A stretch of DNA of 63,112 bases, filler included. It is 6 parts of 6 records of this genome, joined end to end, with 100 filler letters (N's around TTAATTAATTAA, not from the genome) between each part and the next. Parts side by side here need not be neighbours in the genome. Positions count along the whole stretch, not along the records: positions 39,118 to 56,747 come from SRR11831585_555; positions 56,848 to 59,759 come from SRR11831585_559; positions 59,860 to 63,112 come from SRR11831585_563; 3 more parts are not named here. The stretch is one strand, 5' to 3'. This document shows positions 53,453 to 63,112 of this stretch, piece by piece. Each line of letters begins with the position of its first letter. The first letter of the stretch is position 1. The position numbers and the translations under genes were made by a program. Below the pieces are notes generated by a model, which ran no database searches, had not been told where the DNA came from, and worked only from the letters and a program-made list of their open reading frames with translations.

Positions 53453-53558
53453 GTTACAAAATACCCCTGAAAATAAGCACTTGCCAGGCGGCACCCACGC
53501 TATGACCGCAAACGAAATGTTTGCGGCTATGTTATGACGTTATTCGGATGCGTATGTG

Positions 53559-54017
53559 TTACTGACGACCAGAGTGACCAAAGCCGCCTTCACCGCGGTC
53601 GGTGGCGTCGAAATCTTCCACCAGATTAAATTCAGCCTGTACTACCGGAACAAAAATCATCTGGGCGATGCGTTCGCCAGGTTGAATGGTGAAGCTGTCC
53701 TGACCACGGTTCCACACGGAAATCATCAACTGGCCCTGATAGTCAGAATCGATCAATCCTACCAGGTTACCAAGCACGATACCGTGCTTATGTCCCAATC
53801 CGGAGCGCGGCAGCATCATTGCCGCCAGTGAAGGATCGGCAATATGAATCGCCAGCCCGGTCGGAACCAGCGTAGTGTCACCCGGAGCCAGTTCTACGGC
53901 GTCGTTGAGACAGGCACGCAGGTCAAGTCCGGCAGAGCCAGAGGTGGCATAAGTCGGGAGCGGAAATTCCTTCCCAACGCGCGGGTCCAGAATCTTAACG
54001 TCGATTTTTTTCATCAT
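53559..54017 (-). CDS. dut: dUTPase
   Basis: [18 protein letters not shown] and [10 protein letters not shown] motifs. Confidence 0.99.
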
Positions 54018-55215
54018 AACGGGTCACGATCTCGTCGAGTAATAATTGGCCAAGGAGCTCTTTGCGCTCAAGCGGTAAGACTTTATCTCCGTCCTGCCAG
54101 AAAAGGTGTAATGCGTTGTTGTCGCTGTTAAATCCTTGAGTTGGCTGGGAAACATCGTTCGCGCAGATCAGATCAAGGTTTTTACGGATACGTTTTTGCC
54201 GGGCGTATTCTTCCACATTATTTGTTTCGGCGGCAAATCCAACGACGTAGGGTCGATGGTCTTTTAGTGCGGCAACGCCTGCGACGATATCGGGGTTTTT
54301 AACCATTTTTATTGTTAATTCATCACCCTGCGTGGCCTGCTTTTTGATTTTCTCTGGGGCCACGGTAGCTGCGCGATAATCCGCCACGGCGGCGCAGCCG
54401 ATAAAAATATTTTGCTGCTGTACAGAAGCATTCACGGCGGCTTCCATTTCCAGCGCGGTCATCACATCAACACGTTTAACAAACGGTGGCGTCGGTAGTG
54501 AAACCGGACCTGATACCAGCGTGACGTTCGCGCCACGACGGGCAGCGGCGGCGGCGATAGCAAAACCCATCTTGCCGGAGCTGTGATTAGAGATATAACG
54601 CACCGGATCGAGCGGTTCACGCGTCGGGCCGGCGGTAATCATAATGTTCAGATGTTTCAGGTCGTTGACGGGCGAAAAATGCGCTACCGCCATATCCACA
54701 ATGGTTAACGGATCGAGCATTCGCCCAGGACCGATATCACCACAAGCCTGACTGCCACTGTCTGGCCCCCAGATGAGCAAACCACGGGAAGCAAGCACCT
54801 CTAAATTATGCTGCGTGGCAGCGGCACGGTACATCTGCTGGTTCATGGCGGGGAGCACGGCTACAGGCGCAGGTGTAGCCAGACAAATCGTCGATACCAG
54901 GTCATTCGCCATTCCGGCAGCAACACGGGCAATCAAATCTGCCGTGGCAGGGGCGAGAATCACTAAATCAGCCCATTTACCCAGCTCAATATGGCCCATA
55001 GCGGCTTCGGCTGCCGGGTCCAGCAGACTGTCGGAAACGGGATAACCAGAAACCGCCTGCAAGCTAAGTGGGGTGATAAAGGCTTTTGCCGCTTCGGTCA
55101 TGGCTACGCGGACGTCGGCCCCGCGATCGCGCAAACGACGCACCAGTTCAGGGGTTTTATAGGCAGCAATACCGCCGCTAACGCCGAGAACGATTTTTTT
55201 ACCGGCCAGGCTCAT
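53995..55215 (-). CDS. dfp: CoaBC (PPC synthetase/decarboxylase)
   Basis: GGIAAYK, PAMN and SNHSSGKMG motifs; 406 aa from MSLAGKK. Confidence 0.97.
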
Positions 55216-55386
55216 GATGATTTTTCCTGTAGGGTGACACCAGAAGTTGGCGATTTTATCACAATACTTTTGTTGTCGTGCCTTCACCTGAGATTCACTT
55301 TGCGAGGCGCTTTCCAGGATTGAAAACTGGCCGTCGATTTAACGAAACGGCTATGACAGGATGCGAGCACCACAAAGGAGGTGAAG

Positions 55387-56055
55387 GTGAAAAACAATTC
55401 ACAGCTGTTGATGCCGCGCGAAAAAATGCTGAAGTTTGGTATTAGCGCCTTAACGGATGTCGAGCTGCTGGCGCTATTTCTGCGTACCGGAACGCGCGGT
55501 AAAGATGTATTAACCCTGGCAAAAGAGATGCTGGAGAATTTCGGCTCTCTTTATGGCTTGTTAACCTCTGAATATGAACAATTTAGTGGCGTTCATGGAA
55601 TTGGCGTGGCGAAATTTGCCCAGTTAAAGGGGATTGCTGAACTGGCGCGGCGTTACTACAACGTGCGGATGCGTGAAGAAAGCCCTTTACTCAGCCCGGA
55701 GATGACGAGGGAATTTTTACAAAGCCAGCTCACGGGTGAGGAGCGGGAGATCTTTATGGTGATCTTTCTCGACTCCCAACACCGGGTTATAACGCATAGG
55801 CGTCTTTTTTCCGGCACGCTAAACCATGTTGAAGTCCATCCTCGGGAAATTATCCGCGAAGCGATAAAAATAAACGCCTCGGCGCTGATCCTTGCACATA
55901 ATCACCCTTCGGGTTGTGCTGAACCCAGTAAAGCGGATAAACTCATTACTGAACGGATAATAAAGAGTTGTCAGTTCATGGATTTACGCGTGCTCGACCA
56001 TATCGTGATTGGGCGTGGAGAGTATGTTTCTTTTGCCGAACGCGGCTGGATTTAA
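55387..56055 (+). CDS. yicR: RadC-like JAB domain protein
   Basis: HNHPSG...D JAMM motif. Confidence 0.95.
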   Translation: MKNNSQLLMPREKMLKFGISALTDVELLALFLRTGTRGKDVLTLAKEMLENFGSLYGLLTSEYEQFSGVHGIGVAKFAQLKGIAELARRYYNVRMREESPLLSPEMTREFLQSQLTGEEREIFMVIFLDSQHRVITHRRLFSGTLNHVEVHPREIIREAIKINASALILAHNHPSGCAEPSKADKLITERIIKSCQFMDLRVLDHIVIGRGEYVSFAERGWI

Positions 56056-56250
56056 CCCGCTATGCGCGATCCTTCGGGATCTTTGTCTGTTCGGGACTTG
56101 AGCACATCGCTGAGTCAGCGTATACTACGCCACCTTTGAGAATCTCGGGTTTGGCATTTGGGCCTGGCAATCGAGAGTTCACATAGAACTGCGATGACCG
56201 GGCTGTAAAGCCTGACGAGGCGCCAATACCCCATACGAAGCTCGAGCTAA

Positions 56251-56508
<258 letters not shown>

Positions 56509-56525
56509 GTACTTAGAGGAAATAA

Positions 56526-56696
<171 letters not shown>

Positions 56697-56710
56697 TTCT
56701 CGCTTTGATG

Positions 56711-56746
56711 TAACAAAAAACCTCGCTCCGGCGGGGTTTTTTGTTA
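56711..56746 (+). terminator. Intrinsic terminator after rpmG
   Basis: AACAAAAAACCTCGC-TCCG-GCGGGGTTTTTTGTT. Confidence 0.85.
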
Positions 56747-56747
56747 T

Positions 56748-56847
56748 NNNNNNNNNNNNNNNNNNNNNNNNNNNNNNNNNNNNNNNNNNNNTTAATTAAT
56801 TAANNNNNNNNNNNNNNNNNNNNNNNNNNNNNNNNNNNNNNNNNNNN
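56748..56847. other. Artificial contig spacer at the E. coli / eukaryote boundary
   Basis: 44 N + TTAATTAATTAA + 44 N. Confidence 0.99.
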
Positions 56848-56910
56848 GTGTGTGTGTGTGTGTGTGTGTGTTCGTGAGTGTGTATGTGTATGCTTATGTT
56901 TGTGTGTTTG
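56848..56910. repeat. (GT)n microsatellite and GT-rich intron end
   Basis: Perfect GT run at the contig start that decays toward the acceptor TTCAG at 56911-56915. Confidence 0.9.
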
Positions 56911-56915
56911 TTCAG

Positions 56916-57300
56916 CTGCCGTGCGTCCTGCAGCCCTCGTACTCGATACCACCGCCACCAAGACCGCTGCACGCCCACACCCTTATACACTTATTGCACC
57001 GCAGAGTCCTACTAGCCCCACTGTCGGTATGCATCCCCGTGTTGTCCGGTTCTGGTTTTTGTATTCTGTGTGCGGGTTCGAATGATTGGGTTAGGTTTAG
57101 GGTTAGGGTTATGATGTTTTCCTTGCCGAGTTTGTGTGTTGCTGTTGATTGGCGTTTCGGAATGTGGTTGCTGACATGTGCTCTGCGAAGGAACTGCTCG
57201 TGGCGACCGATTGAGCTATCGCATCGAGACGCTGCGTCAAAAATGTGAACAAGAGCTCTCTGATGACGTGTTTATGGGCATATACCGGCGGATGCGATCG
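56916..57300 (+). CDS. Two internal exons of a eukaryotic gene, possibly a NIMA-related kinase C-terminal region
   Basis: Exons 56916-57026 and 57191-57300, GT-AG and phase-compatible; ...PQSPTSPTVGTARGDRLSYRIETLRQKCEQELSDDVFMGIYRRMRS. Confidence 0.5.
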
Positions 57301-57331
57301 GTATGCGTTGTGGTAGTTTATGAGTGATCCC

Positions 57332-59011
57332 TCACTCTTCCTTTAATGTGGGCCTATGTGCGTACGTGTCTTTGTGCTGTAAGAGCAGTGCGTCCTTTCC
57401 ATCTATCCGTTTCTTTTGCGTGACACACACACACACACACTCTCTCTCTGTCTCTCGCGCGCGCACACACACACATATATATTCTGGCACACACACACGC
57501 ACACACATCATACAATCACTCGCGCACACACCTCCCACGGTGACGAGCGGCCGCCGCAAGTACTCCGCCGCGATGGACGACGGCTGCTGTGACATCAATC
57601 TCCGATAGCGTACGAGGTCCTCATGGTGCCGGTTCACAAACCGAAGCGCCGACTCCAGGGCCCCGATGGTGATTTGAAACTCGTCCGGTGCCATGCGCTG
57701 GTGAGCGACGGCGAGCAGAAGGTCCGCGTAGTGTGGTTTGGAGGTGGGTGCGGGGAGCGCGAAGGAGGAGAGAGGTACGGGACTCTGTGTAAGTGTGAGT
57801 GAGTGAGTGAGAGTGTGTGACGGGGAAGGGACGGACGGAGGGAGAGAATGAGTGAGTAGGAGAGGTGTGTGCGCCTCGTGAGTGCTACTGGAGTCACCGC
57901 CTCCACGTAAAGTCCCAAACACATGCACACACACACAGAAACAGAGGCTGCGCAAAGATGCAGAGGGTCTCACGGTACGGACACACCCCATACGAGCCAT
58001 GTATGATCAAAAGAGGTGCAACAACGTGTTATAGAGGACGTGCTTTGTTGAGTACCTTGACGGACGGCTTGGCGTCAGCTTCCTCATTGTCCTACGCGCA
58101 TCAAAAGAGTGAGAGAGGACACGCACATACACACAAACACGGATGCGCATACAGCCGATCTCATACACTCGCAATCTTCCCATCACAAACTCGCTGTCTA
58201 TCTCGACTTTCATCTATCACACCCTGACAACATCCTGCACGCGCTGCTCCACGCTACTTAAAATCAAATTCCTCTACATTCGACAGTACAATACGCGGGC
58301 AACACACCCTCCCAACGTTACAGCGCGTAATGTAAACCCCTCAACTCCTTAACCTTCTACAGAGTACATACCGCTGTGCCGGTGCCTGCCGCTCGCACAC
58401 GAAGCGCAAGCAGAGACGGAGGCGCGCCCGTCAGTTCAATACGCATGAATCGGCCCGTTGCGTGGACAGGCATCAGCTACATACAGCGCAACGAAGAAGA
58501 ACATAAACGTAAGCCGGCTCGCGGGGTTTAAGGGAAGCGAGCCGAAGAAGGACACGAACATGCGCGAAGGCGGGATCACCGTGCGGGAGTGATGGTGGGG
58601 TGCAATTCTGCGCAAACGTACAAGAAAAGAGAAGGGGAGCACATGCTGCCGCGGAATGAAGGTGGTCCAGCCGCCCACAGATGTGTTGGAGATGGACCTA
58701 CAAACACATGTGAGAACGCAGCAATGGCATGCAAAAAGATTGCAGTGGAGTACCATTCCCATGACGTGCTTCTCCAGTTGTGCACCTCAATCTCGGAACA
58801 ATTCGCGATGCGCCCAAGGTCAATCACAAGACTTCCTGTCTCCGCACCGGCAATCCACGCTGCTTATTGAAAACGTAAGAATTTACTGTAGAAGTGAATA
58901 CGTGGTCAATATACGTTCGACCGGGCATTCCAGTGACAAGCATGCGGCGTATTCTGCTGTTGAGCTGACCACAGCACCATTATGAGGACCGAACACCTCC
59001 TCAGCACTCAT
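57332..59011 (-). CDS. Predicted 8-exon eukaryotic gene (~257 aa) with an N-terminal discoidin/galactose-binding-like domain
   Basis: Exons 59011-58915, 58862-58754, 58697-58643, 58607-58560, 58476-58372, 58091-58056, 57784-57532, 57402-57332; all GT-AG, 774 nt, no internal stop; exon 4 and the last exon are least certain. Confidence 0.6.
57423..57531. repeat. Compound (CA)n(CT)n(CG)n microsatellite
   Basis: Seen directly in the sequence. Confidence 0.9.
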
Positions 59012-59221
59012 TTGCGGATTCACCCAGCTCGTTGCTCACACGAAAACCGGCAGAGAAGAGATAGAGGAGAAATTGACTCTGCAAATGTCTGCATGTTTGA
59101 AATTCGCGCGTGAATTTGAAACTGTCTGTCAGACTTCGGCGGTTCGCGAAAGTGGACTAGTCAGACTTGAGGACTTCGCATGCATTTGCGGCCCGCCGTA
59201 ACATCGTCACATTCTTCTGTC

Positions 59222-59709
59222 ATGGCGGAGCATAACTCGAAGAATAAGCATGCACCGGATCGGTTATTTGATCAAAAGATGAAAAAACTTTGTTGGGAAC
59301 AGGTAAATTGGCGTGCTCGCTCCTCCGTGGCGTTACGTAATGCAGTGTAGGCAACTGTTGTGCCAGGACGTGACCCGTCACGATGGAGAGCTGACCCTGC
59401 CGGCAATGTGGTTTGTCAGAAATTGAACGGATGTGAGGGACCACTGTGTGTTCAGTACGTTACGCTTGATTTTCTCTCGTCTGATTTTAACGTATCCGTA
59501 GGTACGACCACATTGTTCCGTACTCGAAAGGTTGGCATTGCAGTGTTTGCATGTGTTGCAGACTTCTCACGCAGCTAGGTGCGCAGGCGGAAAGACAGAG
59601 GTCACCAACTGCCAAATCTTGCAGAGTCGTGTGAATTTGCTCAAGAGCAATCGCACAGACGTGGGTGCGGCCGAACTGCAAGGATTCAGCGTGGACGTCA
59701 AGTACTCGG
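59222..59709 (+). CDS. HNH endonuclease domain protein (eukaryotic, spliced), 3' end missing
   Basis: Exons 59222-59302, 59351-59454, 59502-59530, 59587-59709; spliced product contains YDHIVPYSKGGKTEVTNCQILQSRVNLLKSN. Confidence 0.85.
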
Positions 59710-59759
59710 GTGTGTGGCGTTCTCATATTGTTGTGTCGCCATTGCCGGGAACGAGCGTT

Positions 59760-59859
59760 NNNNNNNNNNNNNNNNNNNNNNNNNNNNNNNNNNNNNNNNN
59801 NNNTTAATTAATTAANNNNNNNNNNNNNNNNNNNNNNNNNNNNNNNNNNNNNNNNNNNN
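59760..59859. other. Artificial contig spacer
   Basis: 44 N + TTAATTAATTAA + 44 N. Confidence 0.99.
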
Positions 59860-62800
59860 AGGACCAAGGCACACCGCCCAACGTCAACCTCTACGGCTTC
59901 CACCCGTTCTATATGCAGATGCGCACGGCGTTGTCCAACGCGCACGGTGTGTTTCTGCTCAACAGCAACGCTATGGACGTGGTGGTACGTCCGTGTGTGC
60001 ATGTGCGAGTGTGTGCGTGTTGTGTGTGTGTGCGCGAACCTGTGTTGTCTCTGCGGTCACCCATCTATGCTGGTGTACGTGCTGGCGGGGATTACAGATG
60101 GGGATGTGTGTATTGTATCGTGTGATGTTTGTTCTGTCGTGACCGTGCATATGTTATGATAACGAACCACCATTTACACGTTTTGCAGCTGTCTCCGGGT
60201 ATGCTTCAGTTTCGTACGATTGGCGGCATCATCGACCTGCGTGTGTTTATGGGTCCGACCCCACAACAAGTTGTGGCTCAGTATACCAATGTGGTGGGGC
60301 GCCCTCACATGCCTCCTATGTGGGCCCTGTACGTACCCTGACAATGCTGCATCATGTGTGTTAACAGTGTTGAATGATGTATGGGTGATGTATGTATTGG
60401 TGGTGTGCACTGTTGGCATACGCATTAAGAGTGTTGTATGTACGGGGCCGTGTTTCCACTGCCCGTCGTCCCCTATGTCCTTCCTCTCATCTTGATTGCG
60501 CTAGCGGCTTCCACTAGTGCCGTTGCATCATGTGTATGTGGTGCCAGTGTTGAATGATATACGGGCGATGTATGTATTTGCGCTGTGTACTGTAGGCATC
60601 CACACGATTCCCTCTGTCCTTCTTCTCATCTTGATTGCACTAGCGGCTTCCACCAGTGCCGCTGGGGCTACCACACGTTGCAGGACGTTGAAACCGTAGT
60701 GCAGCAGTACCAGGCCCACAACCTGCCCCTCGACACCATGTGGACTGATATCGATTACATGGACCAGTTCCGCTGCTTTACGTTCGATCCGATGGTGCGT
60801 GTCGAGTGAGTGCGTTTCTTCCGAGCCGTTGTGGTTTTTTTCACCTCCGCGAAACCCATTGCAGGTTATTCCGCGTCTTGTTTTCTTGCGTTGGGCGTGT
60901 TGCTATCAGTGTGGACGGTTGCCCTATGGTGTCTCATTATTGTTCTTTCTTGCATTAGCGGTATCCCCCCACACAAATGGCGGCTTTTGTGGACGGGCTG
61001 CACAAGGCCGGCATGCACTACATCCCCATCACAGACCCTGGCATCTTCATCGACAACAGCTACTTCGCATACCAAGCGCTCATCAATTCATCGTACGCAC
61101 TCACGGCTCCCTGTAGTCTCTGTGTGCGTGTGTTTGTCGCGGGCTGTGTTTGTCGTTGATGTCTTCCCTCTGCTCTGCGTTGTGCGTTGTTTGGGCTTTC
61201 TGCATGCTGTTACTGTTTCTTTCTGCATATCAAGCTTCGTTCTCTTTCATCGCTCCATACGTCACTCCTCATGCGCTTTGATTTGTGTGTTTGTTTGCCC
61301 TCTCCACCAGTGCCTATGTGCGCGATGCTGCCGGGAACCCCTTCCAAGGAAAAGTCTGGCCTGGACCCACAATCTACCCTGATTTTTCCAATCCGGCTGC
61401 ACGCGCGTACTGGGCTGACATGCTGCGTGGGTTCCACGCCACCGTCCCTGTGGACGGCCTGTGGATCGACATGAACGAGGTGTGTGCACCGTGCTCTGAT
61501 GCTCGACGTTCGGAGCAGAGCAACCGAGTGAAGAGGCTGCGCTTGCGTATATCTTTTTGATGATGTGTTTCTTTTAGTATCTGTGCGCATATATTGCGTG
61601 TGTGTGTGCGTGTACGTGTGCGCGTGTGTTGATAATGGAGCTCCTTGGTTGCAGGTTTCCAATTTCTGCGATGGCGAGTGTCCAAGCTCAACCCCGGCAC
61701 CTCACCGTCGACCTGCCGACTCACTCGGGTTCGATCCGAACAACCCGCCCTACGTTCCCGGTACGTGCTGCAACGTGTGTGTTTTAACTGGTGTACCTTC
61801 ACACATACGTATACATGTACGTATCCGTATGCAGATATGTTAAGCACTGCAGTGCAGCATCGTCTTGGGTGTCTCATTGTGTGTGTGTGTATGTGTGTGT
61901 ATGCGTATTTCTGTTTGTGTATGTGTGCGCGCGTGTACGTAGGGGGATCTGTGCTTGACAGCAGAACCCTATCCATGGACGCACAGCACAACGCCACGAT
62001 TGAGTACAACATGCACAACCTGTTCGGGTACACAGAGGGCTGGGCCACCAAGGAGGCGTTGGAGAGTATCCGCGGTGCAAGAAGTGTGGTGATCTCCCGG
62101 TCTACCTTTAGCGGCTCCGGGTATCATAACGGACACTGGTTGGGTACGTACGCCGTGCGAGAAGTTGCGTGTTAGTGTTCGCCTCTGATCCGCTTACTGA
62201 AGTTTCTCTGTGTGCGCGCTCTGTACTCCATACGGAGAATACCAGGGTAAACTATGCATATTCGTGATCGTGGTCGTGTGTATGTATGTGTTTATATGAA
62301 CCACATAGTCATATCGTGCGATATAACGTGTATGTATGTGTTGTGTGTGTGATTGTGTGTGTGGCAACAGGCGACAACGACTCCACCTTTCAGTCCATGA
62401 AAGAGTCCATTGCGGGGATTCTCGACATGAGCATCTTTGGCATCCCGCTTGTGGGTGCGGACATCTGCGGGTTCAGCGGGAACACCACGGAGGAGCTGTG
62501 CACACGATGGATGCAGCTGGGCGCTTTCTACCCATTCAGGTATGTTGTAAGTGTTTGTGTGTGTCTTCATGTACTCTATGTATTCGGCATGGGCATTGCC
62601 TGTGGGGTTCGTTTCGAGTCGCGGCCCGATGCTCTTGGACCGTCTCTATCGTGTCCCGCTTGTTCCGTGCTATTTGTTATATTCTCTCACTCCTCACTCA
62701 CCCTTCTTCGCCCCGCCACCTCTCTCTTGTTTCCCCACAGCCGCAACCACAACTCGATCCTCATGAACCCGCAAGAACCCTACGTGTTCTCGCCCGCAGC

Positions 62801-63043
62801 CGTCGACATTATGCGCGCGGCCTTGCAGACCCGCTACTCCCTGCTGCCCTTCCTCTACACGCTGTTCGTGGGCGCACACCAGTCCGGTTCCTTAGTTGCC
62901 GCACCGTTGCTGTACGCGTTCCCACAGGATCGCAACACGTGGTCGGTGGATGAGCAGTTTATGTGGGGCCGTGAGCTGCTGATCAGCCCTGTGCTGGAGG
63001 AGGGAGCGAGCTCGGTGCAGGCGTATATGCCGCAGGGGCTGTG
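59860..63043 (+). CDS. GH31 alpha-glucosidase (lysosomal acid alpha-glucosidase/maltase-like), internal fragment of 9 exons
   Basis: Exons ~59860-59984, 60189-60328, 60644-60794, 60959-61092, 61311-61479, 61655-61760, 61943-62143, 62371-62539, 62741-63043; motifs [30 protein letters not shown] (nucleophile), HWLGDN (acid/base), GADICGF, FSRNHN. Confidence 0.95.
60348..60661 (+). repeat. Imperfect tandem duplication covering an intron 3' end and exon start
   Basis: Copies at 60348-60522 and 60524-60661 both begin TGCATCATGTGT and end CTCATCTTGATTGC(G/A)CTAGCGGCTTCCAC(T/C)AGTGCCG. Confidence 0.88.
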
Positions 63044-63112
63044 GTATGTGGACGAACGCTGTGGTTGGAGTATGTGTGCGTTTGTGTATGTGTGTGTGTG
63101 TGTGTGCGTGTT

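Noticed and set aside
49361-56055. dinD and yicR (radC-like) as signs of a prophage or island
   Set aside because: Both sit in their standard chromosomal positions with no integrase or att site nearby
56700-56900. Possible bacterium-to-eukaryote horizontal transfer junction
   Set aside because: The two sides are separated by an artificial spacer, and the bacterial DNA is unameliorated E. coli with intact operons
57868-57905. Possible extra minus-strand exon with a GC donor (GAG/GCGCAC)
   Set aside because: Not needed, since exon 58091-58056 splices in frame to 57784 with canonical GT-AG; no independent support
56850-63112. Many Cys/Val- or His/Thr-rich ORFs (CVCVCV, HTHTHT) in the ORF track
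   Set aside because: Translations of (GT)n/(CA)n intronic microsatellites, not metal-binding proteins

Overview
This window is not one locus. It is six contigs joined by identical 100-nt artificial spacers (44 N + TTAATTAATTAA + 44 N). Contigs 1-4 (1-17539, 17640-35011, 35112-39017, 39118-56747) are four non-adjacent pieces of an Escherichia coli K-12-like chromosome: psuT-psuG-psuK/fruBKA/setB...yejA; tsf-rpsB/map-glnD-dapD...degP-dgt...hemL; thrW att remnant-yagP-paoDCB; gltS-recG-spoT...rph-pyrE...rpmBG. These are well-known genes. psuG, dgt and yejA each carry a single-base homopolymer loss that looks like sequencing error, while intact rph, wild-type-length spoT and a probable RecG A606V fingerprint the strain. 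Contigs 5-6 (56848-59759, 59860-63112) are eukaryotic, with GT-AG introns and (GT)n/(CA)n microsatellites, and the ORF track misses their genes. By splicing them by hand I recovered: a 4-exon HNH endonuclease resembling a family I know mainly from plants; a divergent 8-exon, ~257-aa gene with a discoidin/galactose-binding-like N-terminal domain; two exons resembling a NIMA-related kinase C-terminus; and 9 exons of a GH31 alpha-glucosidase with a duplicated dead splice acceptor. The simplest reading is a eukaryote (probably protist) assembly contaminated by E. coli food or cloning host. I see no new system in the bacterial part; the best novelty candidates are in the eukaryotic contigs. Comparisons to MG1655 and to protein families are from recall, not from searches.
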